From positions 350-64,349 of the forward strand of contig CAURKK010000003.1 of assembly GCA_963525505.1 (NCBI GenBank): DNA of 64,000 bases, in the 5' to 3' direction. Every line of letters starts with the position of its first letter. The first letter of the stretch is position 1. Under the pieces are notes generated by a model. It was not told the DNA's origin, searched no databases, and saw only the letters and a program-made list of their open reading frames with translations. Both the position numbers and the translations under genes were made by a program. Shown here piece after piece: positions 50,435 through 62,623 of the stretch. The stretch comes from an uncultured Gemella sp. (GTDB lineage Bacteria; Bacillota; Bacilli; Staphylococcales; Gemellaceae).

Positions 50435-51265
50435 ATGAAGAAAATAATTTCATTTATCGCTAGTTTAACAGCATTATTATTAGTTTTAACAGCTTGTTCA
50501 AGCAAAACTGAAACTAAAAAAGAAGAGAAGAAAGAACCCGTTACAGTAAAAGTAGCATCTCACACTTCTCCAATGACAGACATGTTAGAAATGATTAAAG
50601 AAGATCTTAAAAAAGAAGGTTACAACTTAGAAATTGTTAAAGTTTCTGATAACGTTCAAGCTAACGTTGCATTAAACAATAAAGAAGTTGATGCTAACTT
50701 CTTCCAACACAGACCATTCATGGAACAATTTAACCAAAAAAATAATGCTCACCTTGTAGCTATTCAACCAATTTACAACGCTACTGTAGCATTCTACTCA
50801 AAAACTCTTAAAGATATCAAAGATCTTAAAGATGGTGCTGATGTAGCTATCCCTTCAGATCCAACTAACTTAGCTCGTGCTTTACGTTTATTAGATTACG
50901 CTAAAGTTATTACTCTTAAAGATCCAAATAGCTTTACAGTAACAGAAGCGGATATCAAAGACAATCCAAAACACCTTAAATTCACTAAGGTAAGCTTACT
51001 TAACCTAAACGAAGCTTATAACGAAAAAGATTTAGTATTCAACTACCCAACTTACATCTCTAAATTAGGATTAACTCCTGATAAAAATGGTCTAGCTCTT
51101 GAAAAAGAAGGAGACTTAACATTCGCAATCTCACTTGTAGCTCGTGAAGATAACAAAGACGATGCTAAAGTACAAGCAGTTAAAAAAGCATTAGCTAGTG
51201 AAAAAATCAAAGAATACATCAATAAAGAACTTAAACCAAAAGGACACGCTACTCCAGCGTTCTAA
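50435..51265 (+). CDS. MetQ/NlpA family lipoprotein (tandem paralog)
   Basis: Same motifs; highly similar to the preceding gene. Confidence 0.9.
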   Translation: MKKIISFIASLTALLLVLTACSSKTETKKEEKKEPVTVKVASHTSPMTDMLEMIKEDLKKEGYNLEIVKVSDNVQANVALNNKEVDANFFQHRPFMEQFNQKNNAHLVAIQPIYNATVAFYSKTLKDIKDLKDGADVAIPSDPTNLARALRLLDYAKVITLKDPNSFTVTEADIKDNPKHLKFTKVSLLNLNEAYNEKDLVFNYPTYISKLGLTPDKNGLALEKEGDLTFAISLVAREDNKDDAKVQAVKKALASEKIKEYINKELKPKGHATPAF

Positions 51266-51556
51266 TATATAATGAAAATACTTGGTAGGCATTGTTTACC
51301 AAGTATTTTTTTATCTCAATTATTATTACTAGCTTCTCTTAAATAATATAAACAACACATACATCACTTTTAAGCTAATTACTACTTATACATAAAAATA
51401 CTAAGAATTATTAATTATAATAATCAAAAGTGCTTAGCAAATTTAGATTTTAAAATCTTTGTAAAATAATATTAAATTTATAGTTTTCTAAAATTTAAAT
51501 ACAAATATACAAAAAAAGAAACTGACTATTAAATCAGTTTCTTTTAATTAACTATC

Positions 51557-53143
51557 TTATTTGTGTAGTTCTTTTTCGAAAGCTTCTCTTACTTGTCCTA
51601 CAGAGAATCCGATGATTACTTGAATAGCTTTACCGTTACGAGCAACTCCAAGAGCTCCAGAACGTTTTAAGAATTCATCATCTTTAACTAGGCTTTCATC
51701 TTTAACGTTAACACGTAGTCTTGTTACACAGTTAGTAACGTCTACGATGTTATCTTTACCACCTAAACCTTCTAAAATGATAACTGCTTGATCATCGTGA
51801 GTAGCTGCATCATCTCTAACTTCTGGTTTAGCTGCTTCTTTACCTTTTTCACGGTACTCTTGTTTAGAGTAAAGTTTAGTTTCAGCATCATCTGCTTCAC
51901 GTCCAGGTGTGTTTAATTGGAATTTAAGGATTAAGAATCTAAATACTAAGAAGTAGATTACAGAGAATACTAATCCAATTGCGATTTGAACGAACATTTG
52001 TGAAGAGTGGTTTTTGAACATTGGTAACCAGTTAAGAGCTAAGAAGTCGATTAATCCACTTCCGAAGTTACCTACAACTCCAAACCCATACATAGTTGCT
52101 GACATTGCTGCTCCTAATACTGCGTGAGTAGCGAATAACATTGGAGCTGCGAATAAGAATGTAAACTCGATTGGTTCAGTAATTCCTGTTAAGAAACCAG
52201 TAAGAGCTGCTGGGATTAATAACCCTGCTACAACCTTTTTCTTTTTATCTTTAGCTGTAACATACATAGCTAAAGCTGCTGCTGGTAAACCAAATACTTT
52301 TGAGTTACCGTGTAATGAGAATCCACCTTGTGGGAATAACTCTTTTAATGGAGTTGTACTTTGAGAGAACTCTTTAATATGTTGCACCCAGTACGCTGTA
52401 ATTCCATTTTCTACTGCTGCTGGTCCAAACATAAATGGTCCATAGATGAAGTGGTGTAATCCTGTTGGGATTAAAATTCTTTCTAAGAAAGTATAAGTAA
52501 ATACTCCAGCAATTCCAGATACTTTTAAGAATCCTTGTAAAGCAGCAATTCCTAATTGAACTTTTGGCCATAAAAGAGCTGTTAAAAATGCAGCTGGAAT
52601 CATTAAAATAAATCCTATTAAAATAACAAATGTTGAACCTTGGAAAATTCCTAATAACTCAGGAAGTTTTTTATCAAAGTATTTGTTGTGAATCCAAACT
52701 GAAATTGATGCAATAATGATAGAACCAATAATTGAAGTATCTAGTGTGATTGCTCCAGCAATTCTAGTTAATCCTGTTGGTAATTTAAGAGCTGGCGTTA
52801 CATCCACTCCGAAGAATGGGAATACTGTTAAGAACCCATTGATGAAGTAGTTAAAAATCATATAAATTAAGAACGCTTCTAATGCTGCACGCCCATTTGC
52901 TTTTTTAGCAAGACCAATCGGAATACCAAGAGCAAAAACTACTGGCATTTGGTTAAAGATTGTCCATCCACCTTGTTCTATTACGAACCAGAAGTTGTAC
53001 CAAAGTGTCCCTTCTGTCGCAATGCTCCCTACTAAGTTAGGGTTTTTAAAGATTGAAGTTAATCCTACTACTAATCCGAAGAATGCGAATATAATAGATG
53101 GCATTAACATAGCGCCTCCAAAACGCTGAATTTTTTGTAACAT
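51557..53143 (-). CDS. Alpha-glucoside/maltose PTS EIICB (GlvC-like)
   Basis: IQRFGGAM, LIPTGLHHF, GITEPIEF, NCVTRLR. Confidence 0.9.
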   Translation of the reverse strand: MLQKIQRFGGAMLMPSIIFAFFGLVVGLTSIFKNPNLVGSIATEGTLWYNFWFVIEQGGWTIFNQMPVVFALGIPIGLAKKANGRAALEAFLIYMIFNYFINGFLTVFPFFGVDVTPALKLPTGLTRIAGAITLDTSIIGSIIIASISVWIHNKYFDKKLPELLGIFQGSTFVILIGFILMIPAAFLTALLWPKVQLGIAALQGFLKVSGIAGVFTYTFLERILIPTGLHHFIYGPFMFGPAAVENGITAYWVQHIKEFSQSTTPLKELFPQGGFSLHGNSKVFGLPAAALAMYVTAKDKKKKVVAGLLIPAALTGFLTGITEPIEFTFLFAAPMLFATHAVLGAAMSATMYGFGVVGNFGSGLIDFLALNWLPMFKNHSSQMFVQIAIGLVFSVIYFLVFRFLILKFQLNTPGREADDAETKLYSKQEYREKGKEAAKPEVRDDAATHDDQAVIILEGLGGKDNIVDVTNCVTRLRVNVKDESLVKDDEFLKRSGALGVARNGKAIQVIIGFSVGQVREAFEKELHK

Positions 53144-53162
53144 AACATTTTCCTCCTTTTAT

Positions 53163-53957
53163 TTATTTTTCTGCTAATGTTACTTCTAAGCCATTATGGT
53201 CAGAAATTATTGGATAATTTTCATTATTAAAGATAACATAACTTTCTTCAACATTTAATTTTTTGTTAGAAAATATATAATCCAATTTCTTCTGACACAT
53301 AGAATCTTCCCAACCACTGATATTTTTATACACGGTAACTCCTTTATCTTTTTTTAGAGCCATTTCATAAGTATCAAATAAACCTTGTTCAAGTATAGCT
53401 TTATATTCATCTACTTGATTAAAGTAATCTGTATTGAAATCTCCCATAAAAATTTTAAGATTTGTATTATCTGTATAATTTACTAAGTTGTAAAGATTTT
53501 GTTCTATGTCTTCTCCTTTACATGTTGGCAAGTTCATATGACAACTGTAAAATTCTACAATTTCATCATTTATTTTTAAATCTACTTTTAAAATTTTTCT
53601 TGATTCTATAGAGGTCACGGTTTGTTGTGCCGTACAGTAAAAATCCTCTACGGCAACAACTTCACCTTTAGCTAATATTGCTAATCCTTCTTCGAATTTA
53701 TCAAATCCTATGTGAGAATAAGTCCAATAATAACTGTAGCCTTCTTCTCCATATTCATTAATTTTATCTAACAATAATTTCCCGAAATTATCTTCTTTTA
53801 TACCATCATGAACATCTGCACTATTAATCAACTGATTTACTTCTTGCATTGCTACTACGTCGTATTTTTTTTCTACGATAGTTTTCGCCAAAATATTCAG
53901 TTTTTCAAGTTGATTTTCTTCTAACCAACTGTGAACATTAATTGTTAATAGTTTCAT
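53163..53957 (-). CDS. mapP: Maltose-6'-phosphate phosphatase-like (EEP family)
   Basis: LLTINVHSW, QEVNQ, MGDFN, SDH; mal operon context. Confidence 0.75.
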   Translation of the reverse strand: MKLLTINVHSWLEENQLEKLNILAKTIVEKKYDVVAMQEVNQLINSADVHDGIKEDNFGKLLLDKINEYGEEGYSYYWTYSHIGFDKFEEGLAILAKGEVVAVEDFYCTAQQTVTSIESRKILKVDLKINDEIVEFYSCHMNLPTCKGEDIEQNLYNLVNYTDNTNLKIFMGDFNTDYFNQVDEYKAILEQGLFDTYEMALKKDKGVTVYKNISGWEDSMCQKKLDYIFSNKKLNVEESYVIFNNENYPIISDHNGLEVTLAEK

Positions 53958-53982
53958 GCTATGTTCTCCACTTCTTTATTTA

Positions 53983-56241
53983 TTATTTTTTGTTCCAAAT
54001 ATCTTCATTATATTGAGCAATTGTACGGTCTGATGAGAAGAATCCTGCTTTCGCAATGTTCGCAATAACTTTCTTCATCCATAATTCACGGTTTTCGTAG
54101 TCTGCTAGCATTTCTTCTTTCTTAGCGTAATATTCCTCAAAGTCAATAAGTGTCATGAACCAGTCTTTGTTAAGTAGTTCATTGTACAATCTTTCTAATC
54201 TTTCTTTATTTCCTAGTTTAACTAGATCTTCAGAAATGATGAAGTCTACAACTTCTTTAACACCATCTTTTTCATAGTATTCTTTAGAAACATATCCAGC
54301 AGTTTCGTAAAGTTTGATGATTTCATCACTTTCTTTACCAAAGATGTAGATATTTTCACGTCCAACTAGTTCATCAATTTCCACGTTAGCTCCATCTAAA
54401 GTTCCTAGAGTTAAAGCTCCGTTTAACATGAATTTCATGTTACCAGTTCCACTTGCTTCTTTAGAAGCTAATGAAATTTGTTCAGAAATATCAGTTGCTG
54501 GAATTAGTTTTTCTGCAACACTTACATTATAGTTTTCAACAAGGAATACATTTAAGTATTTGTTTACTTCTGGATCATTATTAATTAATTCTGATAAACA
54601 TAGAATTAAGTGGATAATATCTTGAGCTATAATATAAGCTGGGGCAGCTTTACCACCGAAGAATACTGTGATTTTTCTTTCTGGTAATTTTCCATTTTTA
54701 ATATCTAAGTATTTTTTGATTACATATAAAGCGTTCATTTGTTGACGTTTATATTCGTGGAATCTCTTGATTTGAGTATCGATAATACTATTCTCATCAA
54801 GTTCAATTCCTTGAGTTTCTTTTAGGTATTCTTTAAGAACAAGTTTGTTCTCGTGTTTGATTTCTTCTAATTTAGCAGCTACTTCTTTGCTATCAACAAA
54901 TGCTAGTAATTTTTCTAATTTAGTTGCATCTGTTAAGTATTCATCACCAATAAGGTCTTTTAAGTATGCAGCTAAAGGTCTGTTAGAGAATTCTAACCAA
55001 CGTCTGAATGTAATACCATTTGTTTTGTTATTAAATTTCTCTGGGTACAATTCATAGAAGTGTTTTAACTCAGAGTTTTTAAGAATTTCAGTGTGTAGGT
55101 AAGCAACCCCGTTTACACTGTTTGAGAAGTGAATATCCATGTTTGCCATGTGTACTCTATCATCTTTATCGATGATTTGAATATCTTCACCTTCATATTT
55201 TTCTCTAATAACAGCATCTAATTTTTTAATAATTTTCACTAAATGTGGCACTACTTCTTCTAAGAACTCTAATGGCCATTTTTCTAATGCTTCAGCTAAA
55301 ATAGTGTGGTTTGTGTAACCAGTCATTTTTTGAACGATTGTGTATGCTTCTTCAAATTCAATTCCGTGTTTTTCTGTTAATAAACGAATTAATTCTGGAA
55401 TTACCATACTTGGGTGAGTATCGTTGATTTGAACATATGCATATTCGTATAAATCGTGAACATTACTTCCTTTAGCAATTGCTTCATCTAAAATTAATTG
55501 AGCAGCGTTTGATACCATGAAGTACTGTTGGTAAATACGTAATAATTCACCATTTTTGTCACTATCATCTGGATATAAGAATAATGTTAAGTTTTTCTCA
55601 ATTTCAGTTTTATCAAAAGAAATCCCTTTTTCAATAATACTACTGTCGATTGAATCGATATCAAATAGGTTTAGATAGTTTTTAGTAGCTTTTTTATATC
55701 CTAGAACGTCAATTCTTTTTAGTGTTGAAGTTAGGTTAAAGTTTTTAAATGGCACTGTGTATTTAATATCAGTATCTCTTAACCATGAAGAATCTTCAAT
55801 CCAGAAGTTTGGTTCTGCATGTTGTTCATTTTTAACAAATACTTGTCTGAATAATCCGCAGTGGTAGTTTAATCCAACACCGTCACCATTAATTCCTAAT
55901 GATGAGATTGAATCGATGAAACAAGATGCTAAACGTCCAAGACCACCGTTACCAAGTGATGGTTCTAATTCTGCTTCTTCAACATCGCTAAGACGTTTAT
56001 TAGCTGCTTTTAATTCTTTTTCAATTTCTTCATAAATTCCTAAGTTAATTAGGTTGTTTGATAATAGTTTACCAATTAAAAATTCTGCTGAAATGTAGTA
56101 AACTTTTTTCTTATCATTATTGTGCGCTTTTTTATCAGCTTCTTCTTTTGCATAGTTTAATAATTGTTTATAAATTTCTTTGTTATCTAAAGTACTTAGT
56201 TCTCTATTTGTATTATCTAATACATATTTACTAAATGACAT
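53983..56241 (-). CDS. malP: Maltodextrin/glycogen phosphorylase
   Basis: [26 protein letters not shown]. Confidence 0.93.
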   Translation of the reverse strand: MSFSKYVLDNTNRELSTLDNKEIYKQLLNYAKEEADKKAHNNDKKKVYYISAEFLIGKLLSNNLINLGIYEEIEKELKAANKRLSDVEEAELEPSLGNGGLGRLASCFIDSISSLGINGDGVGLNYHCGLFRQVFVKNEQHAEPNFWIEDSSWLRDTDIKYTVPFKNFNLTSTLKRIDVLGYKKATKNYLNLFDIDSIDSSIIEKGISFDKTEIEKNLTLFLYPDDSDKNGELLRIYQQYFMVSNAAQLILDEAIAKGSNVHDLYEYAYVQINDTHPSMVIPELIRLLTEKHGIEFEEAYTIVQKMTGYTNHTILAEALEKWPLEFLEEVVPHLVKIIKKLDAVIREKYEGEDIQIIDKDDRVHMANMDIHFSNSVNGVAYLHTEILKNSELKHFYELYPEKFNNKTNGITFRRWLEFSNRPLAAYLKDLIGDEYLTDATKLEKLLAFVDSKEVAAKLEEIKHENKLVLKEYLKETQGIELDENSIIDTQIKRFHEYKRQQMNALYVIKKYLDIKNGKLPERKITVFFGGKAAPAYIIAQDIIHLILCLSELINNDPEVNKYLNVFLVENYNVSVAEKLIPATDISEQISLASKEASGTGNMKFMLNGALTLGTLDGANVEIDELVGRENIYIFGKESDEIIKLYETAGYVSKEYYEKDGVKEVVDFIISEDLVKLGNKERLERLYNELLNKDWFMTLIDFEEYYAKKEEMLADYENRELWMKKVIANIAKAGFFSSDRTIAQYNEDIWNKK

Positions 56242-56242
56242 T

Positions 56243-57733
56243 TTATACCCTCTCTCTTGAATATCTTACTGTAATATTTTTTAAAAATTCTTTTCTTTCT
56301 TCTGTTAAATCTTCTGCAAGCATTCTCCATTCCCAGTTTCCTCCAACTGTTGATGGAACGTTCATTCTACTTGTTGCATCTTTATCTAACAAGTCTTGCA
56401 TTGTTACAATTGCATAATCACTTACTGATGAATAAATTCCTCTAATCATTGCTTCAGTAATTTTTTCTTCATTACGGCGATTTAAGTATTCTGAAACTAG
56501 TCCTTTTTCTGATTCACTTAGTTTTTCATACCATCCGTTAACTACATCATTGTCGTGTGTACCAGTGTATGCCACACTATTTTGTGTGTAATGGTGTGGG
56601 CGATCTAAATTATCTTCTCCTGGGAAAGCAAATTGAAGAATCTTCATACCTGGATATCCAGAATCATCTAATAATTTTTCTGCTTTTTCATCAATAAACC
56701 CAAGATTTTCTGCGATAATTGGTAAATCACCTAATTGTTCTTTAATTTTTTGGAACAATTCAATACCAGGCCCAGCTTCCCAAGTACCATTTACTGCATT
56801 TTCAGCATCTCTATCGATTTGCCAAAAATCTGAGAAACCTTTGAAGTGATCTATACGAAGTACATCATAGATTTTGAAACTTTCTTGTACTCGATAAATC
56901 CACCATGAGAATCCTTGTTCTTTGTGTTTTGCCCAATCGTAGATTGGATTACCCCAAAGTTGTCCAGTAGGACTGAAGTCATCTGCAGGACACCCAGCTA
57001 CATAAAGTGGTTCATTATTTTCATCAACTTTAAATAATTCTGGCATAGTCCACATTTCAACACTATCAGCACTTACATAAATTGGCATATCTCCAATGAT
57101 TTTAATTCCTTTTTTATTAGCATATTCTTTTAATGCTAACCATTGTTTAAAGAAGAAATATTGTGTTACTGTATAGTATCTAATGCTATCTTGAAGTTCT
57201 GTACGATATTTTTCACGCGCAGTTTCTTCACCATTCTTAATATCCTCATCCCAGTGAATGAAACTCTGATATCCAAAGCTTTCTTTGATAGCCATATATT
57301 CAGCATAATCTGGTAACCAACTTGAATTTTTCGATTCAAATTCTTCAATTTCATCTAATATTTCATTACTTTTAATTGTATTGGCTACTGCTTTTTCTAA
57401 TATAGGTCTTCTTGCTTCGAATAATAAGGCGTAATCAATTTTCTCAGGATTACTTCCAAAATCAACTGTTGAATAATCAGTCTCATCAAGTAATCCAGCT
57501 TCTTTAAGTAGAGAAAAATCGATTAAATTTAAATTCCCTGCTACAGCTGAGAAACTTTGATAAGGTGAATCTCCATAACTTGTAGTTGTTAATGGTAAAA
57601 TTTGCCAATATGTTTGCTTTGTTTCTTCTAAGAAATCAACGAAATTATATGCACTTTTACCAAAAGTTCCAATACCAAATTCTCCTGGTAATGATGTAAT
57701 ATGCATCAAAACACCACTTGAACGTCTTGTCAT
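56243..57733 (-). CDS. malQ: 4-alpha-glucanotransferase
   Basis: DSPYQS, GQLWGNP, RIDHF, YTGTHDN. Confidence 0.96.
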   Translation of the reverse strand: MTRRSSGVLMHITSLPGEFGIGTFGKSAYNFVDFLEETKQTYWQILPLTTTSYGDSPYQSFSAVAGNLNLIDFSLLKEAGLLDETDYSTVDFGSNPEKIDYALLFEARRPILEKAVANTIKSNEILDEIEEFESKNSSWLPDYAEYMAIKESFGYQSFIHWDEDIKNGEETAREKYRTELQDSIRYYTVTQYFFFKQWLALKEYANKKGIKIIGDMPIYVSADSVEMWTMPELFKVDENNEPLYVAGCPADDFSPTGQLWGNPIYDWAKHKEQGFSWWIYRVQESFKIYDVLRIDHFKGFSDFWQIDRDAENAVNGTWEAGPGIELFQKIKEQLGDLPIIAENLGFIDEKAEKLLDDSGYPGMKILQFAFPGEDNLDRPHHYTQNSVAYTGTHDNDVVNGWYEKLSESEKGLVSEYLNRRNEEKITEAMIRGIYSSVSDYAIVTMQDLLDKDATSRMNVPSTVGGNWEWRMLAEDLTEERKEFLKNITVRYSRERV

Positions 57734-57760
57734 TCTTTTTTCCTCCGTTATATTTTTAAC

Positions 57761-57829
57761 TTGTATTTACAAAATAAGTTTTTATTACCTAACAATAATT
57801 ATTATAATAAAACACTTTCACTTTGTCAA
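57761..57829 (-). promoter_or_regulatory. malQ promoter with TreR-like operator and possible cre
   Basis: TTGACA-N17-TATAAT (57829-57801) with TGAAAGTGTTTT in the spacer; TTGTATTTACAA near-palindrome at 57761-57772. Confidence 0.6.
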
Positions 57830-57971
57830 TAACATTTATGTAATTCTTTTATTTTTTTTCGTCAACATATACGTAAATGTTAAACGAATACTGTAACATG
57901 TCCTTAACTCTTGCTTTTTTAGACGACTCCATTTATAATTAAGTAGATAAATTTTGCGAGGAAAACAATAT

Positions 57972-58679
57972 ATGAGTAAATACAAACAAGTCTACAATGA
58001 CTTAAAGGAAAAAATAGATACTCGTTTTTATAAGCGTAATACTGAATTACCTAGTGAAAACGAACTAGTAAAAGAGTATGGTTACTCTAAAGATACAATT
58101 AGAAAAGCATTGTCTTTATTAGAACTTAATGGCTATATTCAAAAAATAAAAGGAAAAAACTCTTTAATTCTAGGTCACGGAAGAATTAAAAATAATTACT
58201 TAGGAAATATTAAAACATCTTCTGAGTTAAATATTGATGGAAAATACGAAATAAAAACTACACTTGAATCTCTATATATTATTCAAGGTGATAAGAAAAT
58301 AATGGAAATTTTTGGTGCCGATGAAAATAACGATTTTTACAGAGTTAGCCGTAGTCGAATGATAAACGGTGAGCGACTGGAGTATGAAGTATCATATTTC
58401 GATCGTAACCTTGTTCCATTTATCAACAAGGAAATAACCGAATCTTCTATTTATAAATACTTAGAAAAAGAATTAGGATTAAATATTACACACTCACGAC
58501 GTCAAATATCATTTAGATATGCTACAGATGAAGAAAAACAACATATGGACCTTGGTGAATACAATATGGTAGCTGTTGTTGAAAGTATCACTTATTTATC
58601 CAATGGAAACATACTACAATATGGAATACTTTCATATAGACCAGATAAGTTCACATTTGTAACAATGGCAAAAAGATAA
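57972..58679 (+). CDS. treR: GntR/UTRA repressor, TreR-like
   Basis: LPSENEL, SKDTIRKAL, SIYKYLE..LGL, RPDKFTF. Confidence 0.8.
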   Translation: MSKYKQVYNDLKEKIDTRFYKRNTELPSENELVKEYGYSKDTIRKALSLLELNGYIQKIKGKNSLILGHGRIKNNYLGNIKTSSELNIDGKYEIKTTLESLYIIQGDKKIMEIFGADENNDFYRVSRSRMINGERLEYEVSYFDRNLVPFINKEITESSIYKYLEKELGLNITHSRRQISFRYATDEEKQHMDLGEYNMVAVVESITYLSNGNILQYGILSYRPDKFTFVTMAKR

Positions 58680-58756
58680 AGAAGACTCATAAATTACGAT
58701 TTTATTAGAATCTAATTTATAGAGTCGTTCTCTTTTTTGTTTTTAATTTTACTTTT

Positions 58757-58910
58757 CAAATATTTTAATTATGGTGACGAACGGTTCCATCTAACTTTAA
58801 TTGTCATTTAGACAATCAAAGTGGATATTCCACGGTGAAATTAAGCTTAAAATCTTAATTTCACCGTGGAACTTTTCAAGTTCCTTTATCACCATTACAA
58901 AATATTTGTA
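58757..58910. repeat. Multi-hairpin intergenic element A
   Basis: 18-bp perfect inverted repeat TTCCACGGTGAAATTAAG; closing ATGGTGA/TCACCAT and CAAATATTTT/AAAATATTTG. Confidence 0.6.
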
Positions 58911-58960
58911 AAAAATTAATAATACTAGTTAAAAATTAGTCAATTAATTTATTAATCAAG

Positions 58961-59129
58961 TTTATATTTTTCTTACTGTTTTGTAGTAGCTGAAGTGAAA
59001 CACTTTTGTGTTTCACTGCGAGAAAATAAGACTACAGGCTTATTTTCTAACCGGAATATCCTTTTGAGATAACAAAAGATATGGAGGTGTCGCAAGCTAC
59101 ACTTAAAACAGGAAAAAGAAAAATATAAA
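58961..59129. repeat. Multi-hairpin intergenic element B (cloverleaf-like)
   Basis: Three internal hairpins closed by GTAGCT/AGCTAC, CTGTTTT/AAAACAG and TTTATATTTTTCTT/AAGAAAAATATAAA. Confidence 0.6.
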
Positions 59130-59217
59130 AATTTATGAGGTATAGTATCCAATCATATATTCAAAAAAACTGATAAAGGAACATTATTCCTCTATCAGTT
59201 TTTAATTATAATTTAGA

Positions 59218-60567
59218 TTATTTTAATCTTTCTTCTAATTCTGCTTTTAAGTCTTCAAATCCTGGTTTTCCTAGAAGAGCAAACATATTTTTCTTATATG
59301 CTTCTACTCCAGGTTGGTCAAATGGATTTAATCCTTGCATATATCCAGAAATACCTACAGCTTTTTCGAAGAAGTATACTAAGTATCCGAATGTAAATTC
59401 ACTCATATCAGGAAGTTCTACTACAAAGTTAGGTACTCCTCCATCTGTGTGAGCAAGTAAAGTTCCTTCAAATGCTTTAGTATTTACAAAATCCATAGTT
59501 TTTCCAGCTAGGTAGTTAAGACCATCTAAGTTATTCCCAGCTTCTTTAAGCTCGATATCTTTATTTGGAGACTTAACTTTTAGGATAGTTTCAATTAGAA
59601 TACGACGCCCTTCTTGAACATATTGTCCCATAGAGTGAAGATCAGTTGAGAAGCAAACGCTTGATGGGTATAGAGCTTTTCCATCTTTACCTTCAGACTC
59701 ACCATAAAGTTGTTTCCACCATTCATTAAAGTAAACCATTGATGGTTCATAAGAAACAAGAATCTCAATTAATTTACCTTTTTGTTGTAGTACGTTACGC
59801 ATTACAGCATATTGATAAGCGATATTTGTGCTTAAATCTGGTGTTGAAAGCTCATCTTGAGCCAATTTAGCACCAGCCATCATTTTATCAATATCAACAC
59901 CACTTACAGCAATTGGAAGTAATCCTACTGCAGTAAGAACTGTAAAACGTCCACCGATATCATCAGGTACTACAAATGTTTCATATCCTTCATCATCAGC
60001 TAATGATTTTAATGCTCCACGGGCTTTATCAGTAGTAGCGAAAATTCTTTCTTTCGCTCCTTCTTTTCCATATTTTTCTTCAAGTAATTCTTTGAAGATA
60101 CGGAATGCAATCGCAGGCTCAGTAGTTGTACCAGATTTAGAAATTACATTTACAGAGAAATCTTTTCCTGTAGTTTTTAAGTAGTTCACTAATTCTTGAG
60201 TATAACTAGATGAAATTGTGTGTCCAACGAAGAAGATTTGAGGTGCTTTTCTATCTTTTTCATAGAAGTTATAGAAACTATCATTTAGCATTTCAATAGC
60301 TGCACGAGCTCCTAAGTATGATCCACCAATTCCAATAACAACAAGTACATCAGAATTACTTTGAATTTTTTTACTAGCTTCTTTAATTCTTGCAAATTCT
60401 TCTTTATCATAGTTTGTTGGTAAATCTACCCATCCTAAAAAGTCGCTTCCTACGCCTGTTTTATTGTGTAGTTGATCATGAGCTACTTTTACATAACCTT
60501 CCATATTTTTTACTTCTTGTTCGTTAAAGAAGTTCAGTGCTTTCGAATAATCAAAATTTAAGTGCAT
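59218..60567 (-). CDS. pgi: Glucose-6-phosphate isomerase
   Basis: [28 protein letters not shown]; start probably 60567. Confidence 0.97.
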   Translation of the reverse strand: MHLNFDYSKALNFFNEQEVKNMEGYVKVAHDQLHNKTGVGSDFLGWVDLPTNYDKEEFARIKEASKKIQSNSDVLVVIGIGGSYLGARAAIEMLNDSFYNFYEKDRKAPQIFFVGHTISSSYTQELVNYLKTTGKDFSVNVISKSGTTTEPAIAFRIFKELLEEKYGKEGAKERIFATTDKARGALKSLADDEGYETFVVPDDIGGRFTVLTAVGLLPIAVSGVDIDKMMAGAKLAQDELSTPDLSTNIAYQYAVMRNVLQQKGKLIEILVSYEPSMVYFNEWWKQLYGESEGKDGKALYPSSVCFSTDLHSMGQYVQEGRRILIETILKVKSPNKDIELKEAGNNLDGLNYLAGKTMDFVNTKAFEGTLLAHTDGGVPNFVVELPDMSEFTFGYLVYFFEKAVGISGYMQGLNPFDQPGVEAYKKNMFALLGKPGFEDLKAELEERLK

Positions 60568-60590
60568 TTTTGTTCTCCTTATTTGTTTTT

Positions 60591-61574
60591 TCATCTTTTA
60601 TTATAAATCATTGTTGGCTTATCGTCTATAATATAATCATAAATTAATTCAGAAACTTTATCTGCATTGTGCCTAATCGTATTATTATCAACGATTCCAA
60701 CATCATTATTTTTTATTAATTTTATTCCCAACTCTTTTATTTTTTCTTGATCGATTTTGACCGGTTCTTGTTTTTCTTTGTGATATTTCGATAAAATACT
60801 ATCATCAAACTCACGTGAATTTGCTATTACCAAATCAAATATGTTCTCTTCTACATGTTTGTTTATTGCAACAATATGATCAGATACTGAATAATTATCT
60901 GTTTCACCATGCTGTGTCATTACATTACACACGTATATTTTCTTGGCATTGCTTTCTCTAATTTTTTCTGAAACTTTTGATATTACCAGATTAGGAATTA
61001 TAGAAGTATATAAACTACCAGGTCCCATAATAATATAATCTGCCTGTTCAATCGCCTTAAGTACATCTTCATTAGGTTTAACCCTAGATGGTGTTATATA
61101 TACGTGGTCTATTACTCCACCAGCTTCTGTTATCGAAGACTCACCTCTAATAATCTCACCAGTTGATAACACTGCATTTAAAGTCGCTATGTCATTAGTC
61201 GTAGGCAACACTGTCCCACGCACGTTTAATATTCTACTCATTACTTTTACTGCTGTTGAGAAATCACCATGAATATCAGTCATGGCAGCTATCATTAAGT
61301 TACCTACTGGGTGTCCCTTAACCTCACCACTATCAAATCGATACTGGAACATTTTTTCTAAATATGGTTCTACATCTGATAATGCTGCAATAACATTACG
61401 TATATCACCGGGTGAAGGAATATTCATGTCACTTCTTATTTTTCCTGAACTTCCTCCATCATCTGCTACCGTTACTATGGCCGTTATTTCAAGAGGATAC
61501 TTTTTCAAACCTCTCAAAAGAACAGATAATCCTGTTCCACCACCAATAGTAACTACTTTTACTTTTGATCTCAT
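60591..61574 (-). CDS. yvcK: YvcK/GlmR family protein
   Basis: [22 protein letters not shown]. Confidence 0.93.
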   Translation of the reverse strand: MRSKVKVVTIGGGTGLSVLLRGLKKYPLEITAIVTVADDGGSSGKIRSDMNIPSPGDIRNVIAALSDVEPYLEKMFQYRFDSGEVKGHPVGNLMIAAMTDIHGDFSTAVKVMSRILNVRGTVLPTTNDIATLNAVLSTGEIIRGESSITEAGGVIDHVYITPSRVKPNEDVLKAIEQADYIIMGPGSLYTSIIPNLVISKVSEKIRESNAKKIYVCNVMTQHGETDNYSVSDHIVAINKHVEENIFDLVIANSREFDDSILSKYHKEKQEPVKIDQEKIKELGIKLIKNNDVGIVDNNTIRHNADKVSELIYDYIIDDKPTMIYNKR

Positions 61575-61578
61575 TTCC

Positions 61579-62439
61579 TTACCTACCCTTATTAATATCT
61601 CTATGCTCTATATATACTCTGTAGCCCAATTTTGAAATATCTTCATGTAATCGTCTTGCAATACTTACAGAACGGTGTTTCCCTCCTGTACAACCAATAG
61701 CGATTGCTACTTTATCTCTTCCTTCATATTGATATTTATCTACCATATATGTAATAAGATTTAAGTACTTATCATAAAATTCTTGAGTAACTTCATCCTC
61801 AAAAACATAGTCATAAACTTCACTATCTTCGCCAGTTTTCTCTCTAAGCTCATTAATATAAAATGGATTCTTTAAGAAACGAACATCGACAATATTATCC
61901 GCATCTATTGGAACTCCATATTTATATCCAAAACTAGAAATTGTAATATGATAACTGTCTTTCTTCTCAATTCCAAAATCTTCCAGTATTTTCTGTTTCA
62001 AGTCTTTTACCGTTGTGCTAGTAGTATCATAAATATAATTTGCAATACCTTTAACATCATCCATATCCTTTCTTTCCTGAGCAATACCTTCAAGTAAACT
62101 AAACTCAGTTGACAATGGGTGATTTTTTCTAGTTTCTTTATACCGATTAACCAACACTTGATCATCACTGTCTAAAAATATTATTCTAACATCAAAATAT
62201 TCACTATGTTGTATTTTTTTCAGTAATTCTTTTAAATTAACAAAGAGATGTTTGCTTCGAATATCAATACTTATCGCTGTTTTATCAATCTCTTTTTCTT
62301 CAATTATTCTTAAAAAATCTTCTACTACTAATCCAGGTAAATTATCTGTACAAAAGTACCCTTGATTTTCAAAAACTTCTAATGCTGTATTTTTCCCTGC
62401 TCCACTTATTCCTGTAATTATAACTAATTTTTTCTTCAT
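61579..62439 (-). CDS. rapZ: RNase adapter / P-loop protein RapZ (YvcJ)
   Basis: TGISGAGK, DNLP, SFGYKYG, GCTGGKHRSV. Confidence 0.95.
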   Translation of the reverse strand: MKKKLVIITGISGAGKNTALEVFENQGYFCTDNLPGLVVEDFLRIIEEKEIDKTAISIDIRSKHLFVNLKELLKKIQHSEYFDVRIIFLDSDDQVLVNRYKETRKNHPLSTEFSLLEGIAQERKDMDDVKGIANYIYDTTSTTVKDLKQKILEDFGIEKKDSYHITISSFGYKYGVPIDADNIVDVRFLKNPFYINELREKTGEDSEVYDYVFEDEVTQEFYDKYLNLITYMVDKYQYEGRDKVAIAIGCTGGKHRSVSIARRLHEDISKLGYRVYIEHRDINKGR

Positions 62440-62623
62440 AGCTTCACATCCATTTTTATAATATTATATAAGTTTTATGGAATATTAAATTCAGTTTAAC
62501 AAAGAAATAATAAACTGCTCCATTCCTCTATTGTACAACATTTCTATATATTTGTGTAGTCTTTTAAGATATTAAAAAAGAAAACTACTGTAAGAACACG
62601 CTCTTACAGTAGTTTTACATTAA

